A stretch of DNA of 64,000 nucleotides from Eledone cirrhosa (lineage: Eukaryota), in the NCBI GenBank assembly GCA_964016885.1, contig OZ024742.1, positions 54,250,001 to 54,314,000 of the forward strand, written 5' to 3'. The notes below the pieces were generated by a model. That model worked only from the letters and a program-made list of their open reading frames with translations, was not told the origin of the DNA and searched no databases. Positions 47,640 through 60,675 of this stretch are shown in pieces. Within the stretch, counting starts at the first letter, position 1, and every line of letters starts with the position of its first letter. Both the position numbers and the translations under genes were made by a program.

Positions 47640-48110
47640 TTACCACCGCGTCCTATTGGAGGAACCCTATGTTGGCCGCTTGTATTCGCGATCGTATTCT
47701 TACCATCACTACCCAAGATACATGACGATAGGTAAGAGTTTGTACGAATACCGAATTGAAGATAGTGAGTTTGGCTTTTACACCTACCTCCCTTCTTCTG
47801 TTAACCGAATGTTGAAACTGGCGCATTATTGCACCAGCTCCTGCAATCCTTGCAATTTTCAACCGACTGATTCTAAATTTGACAGCCGTGATATCACTTT
47901 CAACCCGGATGTGAATGTCACTCCTGTTCATGAAAATAATGAACAGGAGAGGTGACAGTACGCATCCTTGTCGGAATCCCGCTCCCATACTGAATCGTTT
48001 CGATTTAGCACCAATTATCCGAGCACAGATGCTCGGACATTCGCATAGAGACATCTGAGCAAAAAAAGCTGATCATCGATCTTATACTCCTGCAGAACCT
48101 TCCTGCAGTA
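47640..48110 (-). mobile_element. Degenerate RTE-like LINE RT fragment
   Basis: SKRFSMGAGFRQGCVLSPLLFIIFMNR...AKLTIFNSVFVQTLTY..SW. Confidence 0.8.
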
Positions 48111-48754
48111 GCTCATTTGTATATATTTAAACAAGTAAAGAGGATATCAACTTTGGTGTTATTATATACAGTCATAAAAAGGAACATGACTAAATACAGT
48201 ATATCATACTTTCATACTCTGTTCAAATGCTTATAAAATCTATGTATGTTGATTATTTATCTTAAAATAACTCCCTCGTTATGATATTATCTATGAAATA
48301 GCGTCAATAATTTATTTTGTATCTTTATTCGGATTTCTTCAATTACTAATATTCCATCTGGTTCTCCGAAAATAAAACAACGTGACTCGCATTTCTTTCT
48401 AGTTAGAATGATGTGAAATGTTCAACAGTAATATTATTCGATTAACTAGGTATTTCGTATAAGATTATAATATAAATGTTAGAATAATGGAGTTTTTATT
48501 AGACGTATCATAAATTTTTATTACATATTGTAGTTTTCTTATATCATTTACATGAAAGCAGCAGGGTATCTAAAATCTAATGATCTCACGTATTGGTTCT
48601 ACATCGGCACAGGGGGAGAATGCTTTTATTCTTCGAACAATAGAATCCCTACACGGTAAATTGAGATGCAAATTGCTAAGCTTTATACATACACATGCAC
48701 CCTAAAATTAGTTCTCAGAATGAGACACCATGATACATTTTGTGGTAAGGTTGG

Positions 48755-48915
48755 TCCTCTGAATTCCAGTTGCAACTCATTTTTGATAGCTGAGATGATA
48801 GGATCAACGTGAATAAAGTGCTTTGTTGAAGGACACATCGTGGTGTCGGGAGTCGAAATTACGCTCTTACGATCGCGAGCGGAACACCATAAACACTAAG
48901 CCACGTGCTTTCACA
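48755..48915 (-). mobile_element. Second tRNA-derived SINE type (related degenerate copies ~34318-34480 plus and ~35880-35992 minus)
   Basis: Reverse complement begins cacgtggcttagtgtttatggtgttccgctcgcgatcgtaagagcgtaatttcgactccc (A/B-box-like). Confidence 0.6.
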
Positions 48916-49248
48916 ACGATCAGATAATTCTTAATAGAAATACGTGCCATGCATTTCAGATGTTATTGCACGATACACTTTAATACATCACTTCAAAAAT
49001 ACATAGTTTAGTATTAATTCTGTAGTGTTATAAAATATAATATATAATCATCTAAAGAAAATTTAGAATTTATCATAAATTTTCTGGTGGCTGAGTATAT
49101 CTGAGGTGTAATTATATTCAGTAAATATTAAGTATAATTGCATATATATATAAACATTTTATTTAGTATCTCTTATATTTTCTATTCATGTTCGCTATCA
49201 ATGGATAGACCTATTAATATATTTTAAAAGAAGCATAATAATAATAAT

Positions 49249-49402
49249 TATTTCTACTTTTGGCAAAAGACTAGCAATTACCCCAGTGCACTACTGGTAC
49301 TTTATTTTATCGACCCCGTAAGGATGAAAAGCAAAGTTTCCCTCGGCGGGATTTGAACTCAGATCATAAAGGGACGCAAAGCATGGCGTCCGACCCTCTA
49401 CT
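49249..49402 (-). mobile_element. SINE copy
   Basis: Reverse complement of the 4244 family, with (AAT)n on both sides. Confidence 0.8.
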
Positions 49403-49648
49403 TAGCATAATAATAATAATAATAATATTAGGAATTGTCTGTTCTGCAGAATATTCAATATATTCTATTATAACTTTTTCCTATATAATGATTTTTTCTG
49501 AAGGAGATGTATAGATAATTCTAAATTATGGAGGAAATATTTAGTACGCATTCCCACTAAACAAGATGGGGTTTCGTGTTTTTTTTTCATTTTTTCTTTA
49601 TTTTGAGTGCCAAAATATTTTAACTATATAATAACACTGGCTGTCCTC

Positions 49649-49771
<123 letters not shown>

Positions 49772-49774
49772 TGG

Positions 49775-52160
49775 TATACACGTTTGTATATGTACAATAA
49801 AGCCAAAACAATGCAGGTATGGACATAGAATAAAGAATGCAAATGCAAAAGATATTGTTGACAATTAGTCTTTTACTTTAGATTTATTTAAATGTCCTTA
49901 ATTTTCGAGATAATATCTCTTCTTCGGAGGGAAGTAAAGCGGTTAAACCAGTGTTCTAAATAGCTTGCCAAGTCATGCTGACAGGAAATGGTACAGAGTA
50001 TCTGTTCTATCTCTAATGTCAAAGAGTGAAGGTTAGGTGGATAAAGAGTAGTCTCCCTTTAAAAGTTATTTTTTGTACATGCCTGTTTAAGTGTGTGGGA
50101 GAATGTGTGAGCTGTAAGTATGTGTGTCTGTGTGTGTGCGTGTGTGTGGGAAGAGGGGGGGGGGGTTAATATGGGGCTAGATGCTCTATCAAGTTATAAA
50201 TTGGATGTTGAGTTCTAGTCTATTATTGATTGGTGGTTGTGTTTTGTCTATAATTAGTGCTTCCTTAATTAAAAGATTGCCGATGTTTCTTTCCTTAGTT
50301 TCTATCCTAACAGTTATGGTTTTGTCGGTGTTTTTGTATTTAACTAGGTGTTTCGAAATGAGAAAGCGTTAGTATTGAGGTGTTCTTTTATTCTTATGTG
50401 GAGTGGTCTGGTGGTGCTACCTACGTAGAAGTTGTTGCATTTGTCACACTCTAGTCTGTATACGACGTAAGCCTGGTGGCATAGGTCTGTGTCGTTGATG
50501 GGGCAGTTGGCTAGCCTGCAGCGGTTGTCGTGTCTGGTGGAGTGTCTTTTGGTTAGCTGTCCGCGTAGAGATGGACCTGAGTGGGCCAGTTGGATATCTA
50601 GTCCCTCTCGTCTGATAGCTCTGCGGATGGCTGTTGTTGTTTCGTCACTGAAGTGTGGGAGCTTCAGGAAGCAAGTGTTAGTGCCTCGGGTGTGGTGTCC
50701 TCTGCTCTTTCTGGCACGGTTTGCGATGTATGTCGTGTATGCGTTCAGTTTGAGTACTTCCAGGAAATGTGTGGTGTGTGCGTCTCGGTCTCTAGCGTCG
50801 GTGCATTTGTTCCGGATACGTATAGTTCGTTGCTTATGTATCCGAACTTAGCGCTGGCTGGGAGGGCCGATCTGAAATGTACGAACAGGTTCCTGCTGGC
50901 GACTTTTTTATAGAAGCATGTGTGGATGTTGCCCTCCTCTGTTACCCTGAGTTGGAAGTCCAGTAGGGATAGGGATCCGCGGTCATCGGGGTGTTCCATG
51001 CTGAACTTTATACTGGCGTCCATGCTGGACAATGTTGTGTATATTTTATCCGCCTCCTCACGGGATGATATAAGGATGAGTATATCATCTACATATCGAG
51101 TGAAGAAGGTATGGGAATGGCAGGTGTTGAGGGCTCGGCATTCTAACTGGTTCATATAGGTGATGGCCAGTAGGCCCGATAGGCTGGATCCCATGGGTAA
51201 TCCTGTTGTCTGTCTGTATGTGTGGTGGTGGAAGGTGAAGTGCGTGTTTCCCACTGTGAAGGACAAAAGCTGGTGTATGTCCGTCGGAAGGAGGCTGTAG
51301 CAGTGGATGTCCTCTGCGACCACGCAGTCCGTCAATAAATCGGCAGCTGGATGAGCGGGGACTGTAGTGTAGAGGGAGACAACGTCGAGGCTAAAGGCGT
51401 ATCTATTTAGTGTAAGTTGGCTGGAGTTGGTGTAGTCTACTTATAACTTCGTCGGAGCTACTGACGTGCCCGGGAAAGGTGGAGAGTAGAGGCTTGAGGA
51501 CCTGAGAGAGGAGCCAGGAAATTTTGTATAGGGGTCCTTCTATGCTAGAGACGATGGGTCTGATTTGTGTCTTAGTACTATTCTTGTGGGTCTTGATGAG
51601 GTGGTATAAAGTGGGCAGTCTGCTATTTCTAGTGGTGTACTTGAGCTTAACTTTATTTGGGAGTTGTCTTCTCTTACAGATGTCGAACCAGATGGAGTTG
51701 GTCCGTTTTTCGATCTGGGCTGCAGTCATGTCCGGGATCTCTGTATATAGTTAATTGTCGCTTAGGTGTTCCAAGGCTAGGTTGTTGTATGTGGCTTGAG
51801 AGATGACGCAAAACTCTTTACCTTTGTCGGATGGGAAGTATATAAATTCCCTATTTCGTAGGTTTTTCAGGGCGTGTTGTTGTGTCCTGGAGAGGTTTGG
51901 GGCTATCTTCTTCTGTTTCCGTAAGATGTTAAATACGGAATGTTTTAGCCTCGAGAGTTTTTCTTCAAGCTCGCGGTTGGCAGGCGGTGGACAGAGTGGG
52001 GGATCCAGTTGGCATATCGTGAATCTGAGTTTGTTAGGTTCCGTGGTGTTGTTGCTGAGAATCGATATCCATTTTAGTTGGTAGGCAACCCGACAGAAAT
52101 TTGTTTCTATGTCCAGCCATAATTTGTCGTCCAGTCTCTGGACACTAATTTGCATAATAA
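49775..52160 (-). mobile_element. Longest PLE family B copy (Penelope/Poseidon-like), frameshifted: N-terminal DKG region, RT, GIY-YIG, pLTR
   Basis: ORF pieces IYFPSDKGKEFCVI; LPTLYHLIKTHK..IRPIVS; YRQTTGLPMGSSLS..RYVDD; VVYRLEC..YVGST. Confidence 0.92.
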
Positions 52161-52209
52161 ACCAACAATAAATCTAATAACTCCACTATCCGGGAGATTC
52201 CAACCAGAA

Positions 52210-52371
52210 TGGTTGCATTTTTTCAGGGTATGTCAATATTTATTTATAAAACTAAGCTATATTATATTTTATCTGATGAAAGCGCACCATAGTGTGCCTT
52301 GGTGGCCCTTGAAATATGTATAATGAAATAACTATGGTTTTATAAATATAGTTTCCATTTGTTAATATATT

Positions 52372-52441
<70 letters not shown>

Positions 52442-52678
52442 GAAAGGTATAGAAAACATTGTAGCAAAAAGCCAATAGTATTCCATAGTATATAAGAGAC
52501 TATAGCGTCAAAATGGGAAAAATAGTTAACGTAAGATGTGGGAAAAATAATTCAAACACATCTCAAAGAGAATCAGGATATAGATTCATCCACAGAATTT
52601 AGTGAAATCCAGGGAAAAGTCAATAGAGCCTTAACTCATGATAAAATAAAGTTTAAAATAATCATCTTTCAATTTGGA

Positions 52679-52735
<57 letters not shown>

Positions 52736-53186
52736 AAAGTTCTATTTAAATTGTTGGGATACAACAAGCAAATATTTTTATAACTGATATAAAGCACTCG
52801 ACAAGTATTTGGAGTAAATGTACGATATTAACAAATGGAAACTATATTTATAAAACCATATCTATTTTATTATACATATTTCAAGGATACCATGTTAAAT
52901 TATGGTATGCTTTCATCAGACAAAATCCAATATATACCAGTTTTATAAATAAACATTGACGTACCCTTTCAAAATGCAACCGTTACTTTTGGAAGACATC
53001 AAGGATAGTGATGTCTTCCAAAAGTAACGGTTGCATTTTGAAAGGGTACGTCAATGTTTATTTATAGAACTGGTATATATTGTATTTTGTCTGATGAAAG
53101 CATACCATAATTTAACATGGTATCCTTGAAATATGTATAATAAAATAGATATGGTTTTATAAATATAGTTTCCATTTGTTAATATC

Positions 53187-53190
<4 letters not shown>
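52210..53190. mobile_element. Hammerhead pLTR family: single copy 52210-52375 and fold-back 52735-53190 (centre ~53006)
   Basis: Arms 52822-53002 / 53010-53189; (TA)n at both ends of the fold-back. Confidence 0.85.
53083..53147 (+). ncRNA. Type I hammerhead (copies 52265-52330 plus and ~52863-52927 minus)
   Basis: tattttgt-CTGATGA-aagcataccat..atggtatcctt-GAAA-tatgta-TA-ataaaata. Confidence 0.85.
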
Positions 53191-53242
<52 letters not shown>

Positions 53243-53332
53243 CGAAGGAAATGTGGTAAGCAACCAGATGGACCATAACGCAGCAAAGTACTCAATACTT
53301 AGGGTAGCTAAGCCGTAGGAGTCCTACTCGTT

Positions 53333-53389
<57 letters not shown>

Positions 53390-53390
53390 G

Positions 53391-53477
<87 letters not shown>

Positions 53478-53802
53478 CATTATTATATATATTTCATTAT
53501 TTCTGAAGACGGCATATATATGTGTTTGGTATGTATATTTAATTTTGATAGTTTGTATAATTTTGTATAATTTTGTACATAGATCTGTTGAATATGCATG
53601 CCAATTCTAACACATATATATCCTAGAAACGATCGTTAAATAATGAACTTTTTTTGTTTAATATAAGGAACTGCTTCATTGTTTTATTCATTATTTTTTT
53701 AATATTTTATATATATATATATATATATATAGGGGACGCACGTTTCGCCACTGATCTGCTCTTTTAAAGGGTCCGTCGAGCTGCGGATTATTAAGTCGGG
53801 TA

Positions 53803-53860
<58 letters not shown>

Positions 53861-55457
53861 ATTTGAATATGTGTAATTAAGCCAAAACAATGCAGGTATG
53901 GACATAGAAAAAAGAATGCAATTGTAAAAGATATTGTTGACAATTCGTCCTTTACCTTAGATTTATTTAAATGTCCTTAATTTTCGAGATAATATCTCTC
54001 CTTCAGAGGGAAATAAAGGTCTCAAACCAGCGTTCTAAATATCTTGCCAAGCCATGCTGACAGGAAATAGTATAGAGTATCTGTTCTATTTCTAATGTCA
54101 AAGAGTTAAAATTAGGTGGATGAAGAGTAGTTTCCCTTTAAAAGGGGTTTGTTTAGGGTTTTTATTTTTTTTATTTTATATACATGCCTGTATAAGTGTG
54201 TGGGAGAATGCATGAAGGTGTAAGTATGTGAGTGTGTGTGTGTGAGTGTGAGAAGATAAGTCTATTCGTAAATGTGGGGGATAGGTGTTATCTGGTGTTA
54301 GAACTGGTTTTGTGTGTGTATGTGTGAGAGAGAATAAGTGGAAGTGTAAGCGTGAGTGCATGAGCGTGCGTGTGTGTGTGTGGGGTGTGTAAATATGGGG
54401 CTAGAAGCCCTATCAGGTTATAAATTGGGTGTTGAGTTCTAGTCTATTATTGATTGGTGGTTGTGTTTTATCTATAATTAGTGCTTCCTTAATTCTAAGA
54501 TTGCCGAGGTTTCTTTCCTTAGTTTCTATCCTAACTGTTATGGTTTTGGCGGTGTTTTTGCATTTAACTAGGTGTTTCTTAAATGAGGAAGCGTTAGTAT
54601 TGAGGTGTACTTTTATTCTTATGTGGAGTGGTCTGGTGGTGCTACCTACGTAGAAATTGTTGCATTTGTTACACTCTAGTCTGTATACGACGTAAGCCTG
54701 GTGGCACAGGTCTGTGTCGTTGATGGGGCAGTTGGCTAGTCTGCAGCAGTTGTCATGTCTGTTGGAGTGTCTCTTGGCCCACCGTCCACGCAAAGAAGGA
54801 CCCGAGTGGGCCAGTTGGATATCCAGTCCCTCTCGTCTGATGGCTCTGCGGATGGCTGTTGTTGTTTCTTCACTGAAGTGTGGGAGCTTCAGGAAGCAAG
54901 TGTTAGTGCCTCGGGTGTGGTGTCCTCTGTTCTTTCTGGCACGGTTTGTGGTGGATGTCGTGTATCCGTTCAGTTTGAGTACTTCCAGGAAATGTGTGGT
55001 GTGTGTGTCTCGGTCTTTATTGTCGGTGCATTTGTTCCGGATACGTGCCAGTTCGTTCCTTATGTATCCGAACTTGGCACCGAGTGGGAGGGCCGATCTG
55101 AAATGTACGAACAGGTTCCTGCTGGCGGCTTTTTTATAGAAGCAGGTGTGGATGTTGCCTTCCTCTGATACCCTGAGTTGGAAGTCCAGTTATGATAGGG
55201 ATCCGCGGTCATCGGGGTGTTCCATACTGAACTTTATACTGGCGTCCATGCTGGAGAATGTTTTGTATATTTTATCTGCCTCCTCACGGGATGATGTAAG
55301 GATGAGTATGTCATCTACATATCGGGTAAAGAAGGCATGGGAATGGCAGGTGTTGAGTGCTCGGCATTCTAGCTTGTTCATGTAGGTGATGGCCAGCAGG
55401 CCCGATAGGCTGAATCCCATGGGTAATCCTGTTGTCTGTCTGTATGTGTGGTGTTGG

Positions 55458-56423
55458 TACAGACAGACAACAGCATTACCCATGGGATCCAGCCTATCGG
55501 GCCTGCTGGCCATCACCTACATGAACCAGCTAGAATGCCGAGCCCTCAACACCTGCCATTCCCATGCCTTCTTCACCCGATATGTAGATGACATACTCAT
55601 CCTTACATCATCCCGTGAGGAGGCAGATAAAATATACACAACATTCTCCAGCATGGACGCCAGTATAAAGTTCAGCATGGAACACCCCGATGACCGCGGA
55701 TCCCTATCCCTACTGGACTTCCAACTCAGGGTAACAGAGGAAGGCAACATCCACACCTGCTTCTATAAAAAAGCCGCCAGCAGGGACCTGTTCGTACATT
55801 TCAGATCGGCCCTCCCACTCGGTGCCAAGTTCGGATACATAAGGAACGAACTGGCACGTATCCGGAACAAATGCACCGACACTAGAAACCGAGACACACA
55901 CACCACACATTTCCTGGAAGTACTCAAACTGAACGGATACACGACATCCACCACAAACCGTGCCAGAAAGAACAGAGGGCACCACACCCGAGGTACTAAC
56001 ACTTGCTTCCTGAAGCTCCCACACTTCAGTGAAGAAACAACAACAGCCATCCGCAGAGCCATCAGACGAGAGGAACTGGATATCCAACTGGCCCACTCGG
56101 GTCCTTCTCTGCGTGGACGGCTGGCCAAGAGACACTCCACCAGACATGACAACCGCTGCAGGCTAGCCAACTGCCCCATCAACGACACAGACCTATGCCA
56201 CCAGGCTTACGTCGTATACAGACTAGAGTGTGACAAATGCAACAACTTCTACGTAGGTAGCACCACCAGACCACTCCACATAAGAATAAAAGAACACCTC
56301 AATACTAACGCTTCCTCATTTAAGAAACACCTAGTTAAATGCAAAAACACCGACACATCCATAACAGTTAGGATAGAAACTAGGAAAGAAACCTCGGCAA
56401 TCTTAGAATTAAGGAAGCACTAA
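55458..56423 (+). pseudogene. Truncated PLE RT (YVDD) plus GIY-YIG, right arm of the palindrome
   Basis: LPMGSSLS..FTRYVDDIL..SLLDF..VVYRLECDKCNNFYVGSTTRPLHIRIKEH; frameshift near the C-terminus. Confidence 0.88.
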
Positions 56424-56866
56424 TTATAGATAAAACACAACCACCAATCAATAATAGACTAGAACTCAACACCCAATTTATAACCTGATAGGGCTTCTAG
56501 CCCCATATTTACACACCCCACACACACACACGCTTACACCTCCACTTATTCTCTCTCACACATACACACACAAAACCAGTTCTAACACCAGATAACACCT
56601 ATCCCCCAGATTTACGAATAGACTTATCTTCTCACACTCACACACACACACTCACATACTTACACCTTCATGCATTCTCCCACACACTTATACAGGCATG
56701 TATATAAAAAAAAACAAAAACCTAAACAAACCCCTTTTAAAGGGAAACTACTCTTCATCCACCTAATTTTAACTCTTTGACATTAGAGATAGAAGAGATA
56801 CTCTATACTATTTCCTGTCAGCATGGCTTGGCAAGATATTTAGAACGCTGGTTTGAGACATTTATT

Positions 56867-56904
56867 TCCCTCTGAAGAAGAGATATTATCTCGAAAATTA
56901 AGGA
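56867..56904 (+). ncRNA. Minimal hammerhead of the PLE family B pLTR (7 copies: ~15255, 15415, 27332, 40365, 49895, 53973, 56867)
   Basis: ccct-CTGAAGA-a gagata t tatctc-GAAA-at-TA-agg; stem III reduced to the palindrome AATT; most other copies carry CCGAAGA. Confidence 0.7.
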
Positions 56905-57672
56905 CATTTAAATAAATCTAAGGTAAAGGACGAATTGTCAACAATATCTTTTACAATTGCATTCTTTTTTCTATGTCCATACCTGCATTGTTTTGGCTTT
57001 ATTACACATATTCAAACGTTTATACCTCATTACACAATGCTTCAAGTGAACTATAACCTCCTCCTATATATATATATATATATAGGAAATGTAAGCTAGA
57101 GACAATTGCTATAGGGGGGAGAAGTATATACGATTGTCAAAAGTATAGGATTATAAAAGAAATTCTGTTTTAGGAGTATGATTTTACAGGGTAGGAGTGT
57201 GTATGTATGAGTGTGTGTCTTTGGAGTAACATGTGCCCACACATCCAATTGGCGTCAGAACAGAAAGCCTGTTGAGAAAGTAAATCCACTGTTCGATCCT
57301 CCAGAAACTTAACTTGCATACACTGTAAGCAGATATTGTTGATTTCGGATTTACAGAAACCTAACTGAGATATTGAAAAATATTCGAGGTGATGGTCCCG
57401 GTTTGTTATATGTATATATGTGTATATGTGTATATTTATATATATATATATGTATATGTGTATGAATTTTTTCTCACGAGGCAGTTCTTTCGTAGCTACG
57501 AACCCCGGCCATATTGCCGGTCGCTGTTTTCATTTTGCAAAGCCCTTTAAACTGTATGTTATTACTTTGCGGTTCTATACCTTGTCGAGTGCTTGGCTGC
57601 ACTACTGAAAGCATTCATCGGCTTGGCTGAGGCTATGGCTTCGAATATGCTGTACTTCCATTTATATATATA

Positions 57673-58263
57673 TCTATATATATAAAACTGAGGATGTCTG
57701 TCTGTGTGTGTGTGAGTTTGAATCCCTAGAACTAGAGAAGCACACAACCGAATGTTTTCAAACTTTACACATGTAATACTTATGTTTCAGGGAGTGTTCT
57801 GATTAAAGAAAGTTTCACATTTTCAATGACCTAGGGACTGCATCAGGCGATTTAGCGATCTCTCTCTATAATTCTTAGTCTTTCTCTTTTTAGATAGATA
57901 CATACTTATAACGTCGCGCCCTTATAATATCTGTCTGTATGTCTCGCTGTCTGCAATACATCACTTCCTACAATTCGCTCTGCGTCCAGAACGCGCCCTT
58001 ATAATATCTGTCTGTATGACTAGCTGTCTGCTGCCTCCGGTTATTTTGCCACCCTTGCTCAAGACAAATCTCACACTCATTCCCCAAACAGTTGGTAAAT
58101 GCACACAACTTCTTCCTCATGTTTTAAACTACAGTGTTGCTTACTTACGTACCACCAGACCCTAAGTCCTTTGCCAGCCGTGGTTATGGCAATACTAAGC
58201 TTAGCTAAGGCGGTTATATATTTCACAATACCTTATCCCGTGCAACGCCGAGTACCACTGCTA

Positions 58264-58264
<1 letters not shown>
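57673..58264 (+). mobile_element. Non-autonomous Helitron-like element
   Basis: A|TCtatatatataaaa...gtctgtctg 5' end; subterminal hairpin cccgtgcaacgccgag; 3' CTAG|T; no TSD; internal duplication cgcgcccttataatatctgtctgtatg. Confidence 0.75.
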
Positions 58265-58337
<73 letters not shown>

Positions 58338-58492
58338 AAGTTTGTGTGCGTGTGTCTTTGTGTATGTAGGTGCATACACACACACAAATATATACATATA
58401 TCTGTGTGTGTTTTATTGTAAGTGTTATGGGATCAAAACTTAGAGAAATATTTTTCGGGGAAAGAAAGGAAAAATATTTTTTTAGGTATATA

Positions 58493-58599
<107 letters not shown>

Positions 58600-58691
58600 G
58601 TGTGCGTGAGTGTGTGTGTGTGTGTTTATCCCGGGAATGCAAAAGTTCTGGTCCTGTAGAAGCCATTTGTATATTATATATACATATATAC

Positions 58692-58803
<112 letters not shown>

Positions 58804-58819
58804 GTATATATATATATAT

Positions 58820-60160
58820 ATATGAATATGAAAACAAACGTGCTGAGTGGTTGCAAATGGGTCACATATCAATAAAGTTAGTCCTTCATCAGTGATCTTC
58901 CAACCTTCATTGGTATTTCATCGCTTTAAAGCCCATATACCTCCGGTTGGTGCGAGCAACGGCTAAAGAAAGTGGTTGGGACACGTAAATAGGGGGAACG
59001 AGCGAGACTGTAAACAAATAAAGATGGTAATGCAACGAAAAGTGAGGAAGAAAGAGTCAAGTCCCAGATTTCCATGAATATAAGTTCGGTGAAATCGTGA
59101 ACGAAAGAGAATAAAGACCATCAAACCTAGTCGAAATATGAGCACAGAAGGAATTCCGCACAGGTCAAACGGGAATAAGAAGGAGTCTAGTCCCTGAATA
59201 CGGTGAACATAAGTTCTGTGAAACCGTAGAGAAGAGAGAAAAAAAGAACAACCAGCCTGGTCAAACGTGCGCGAGAAAAGAATTACGCACAGGTCAAACG
59301 GGAGGAAGTAGGAGAGGTAGTAGCAGAGAGTGAGTGAGTGAAGGGTGAGGAAGAGGCTAACAGAGAGAGAGAGTGACTGTTAGAGAGGGTAAAGGCAGGT
59401 GAAAGATACAGAGAAAGAGGAAGCAGTAAGAACGAAATAGACGGGTCACAGCGGAGGAAAATATATGTGTGAATATGAAAACAAACGTGCTGCGTGGTTG
59501 CAAATGGGTTACATATGAATAAAGTTAGTTGCAACCACGCAGCATGTTTGTTTTCATATTCACATACATATTTTCCTCCGCTGTGACCCGTCTATTTCGT
59601 CTTACTGCTTCCTCTTTCTCTGTATCTTTCAGCTCCCTTTACCCTCTTTAACAGTCACTCTCCCTGTTAGCCTCTTCCTCACCCTTCACTCACTCACTCT
59701 CTGCTACTACCTCTCCTACTTCCTCCCGTTTGACCTGTGCGTAATTCTTTTCTTGCGCACGCTTGACCAGGCTGGTTGTTCTTTTTCTCTCTCTTGTCTA
59801 CGATTACACAGAACTTATGTTCACCGAATTCAGGGACTAGACTCCTTCTTCCTCCCGTTTGACCTGTGCGGAATTCCTTCCTTGCTCATATTTCGACTAG
59901 GTTTGATGGTCTTTATTCTCTTTCGTTCACGATTTCACCGAACTTATATTCATGGAAATCTGGGACTTGACTCTGTCTTCCTCACTTTTCGTTGCATTAC
60001 CATCTTTGTTTGTTTACAGTCTCGCTCATTCCCCTTATTTACGTGTCCCAACGACTTTTTTATCCGTTGCTCGCACCAACCGGAAGTATATGCTCCTGCA
60101 AGCGATGAAATACCAATGAAGGTTGGAAGATCACTGATGAAGGACTAACTTTATTCATAT
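58820..60160. mobile_element. ORF-less ~650-bp unit present as 1.1 tandem copies (minus) plus an inverted copy (plus)
   Basis: gaatatgaaaacaaacgtgc at 58824 and 59471; 59530-60160 is the reverse complement of 58870-59505; (TA)n at both ends. Confidence 0.85.
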
Positions 60161-60177
60161 ATATATATATATATATA

Positions 60178-60525
60178 GGTAGAACACTGGAAGGTAATAT
60201 CCATAGGACGAGTTTGGTAGAAGTAGTAACGCAACTGTTAGTTCACTAGGCCGAGAACAATTGTTTCACCTTTTGCGGATCTTCAGCTCGGACTGGTCAT
60301 GGTTATACGGAACAGGAAGAACAGCCGTATGAACGCGCATGCGCAGAAACGGCCACTTCACCCAAGCGATACAAAACCACGGGCGAAAGGTGTAAGGGGT
60401 ATAACTGCGAAAATTCGGAATGAAAAGTTAGAGTTGATTAGAAAATTAGAATGATATTGTTATTCAATCCGGAACTTTGTAATTATGCAAGTGGTGTGTA
60501 TGTGAGTGTGTGTGCGTGTGTGTGT

Positions 60526-60594
<69 letters not shown>

Positions 60595-60599
60595 CGCGC

Positions 60600-60675
<76 letters not shown>

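Larger units (their letters stand above)
53857..57065. mobile_element. PLE family B as a 3.2-kb head-to-head palindrome (arms ~1.59 kb, 13-nt spacer at 55445-55457)
   Basis: Both arms start at YRQTT of RT and run through GIY-YIG and the pLTR; (TA)n on both sides. Confidence 0.93.
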
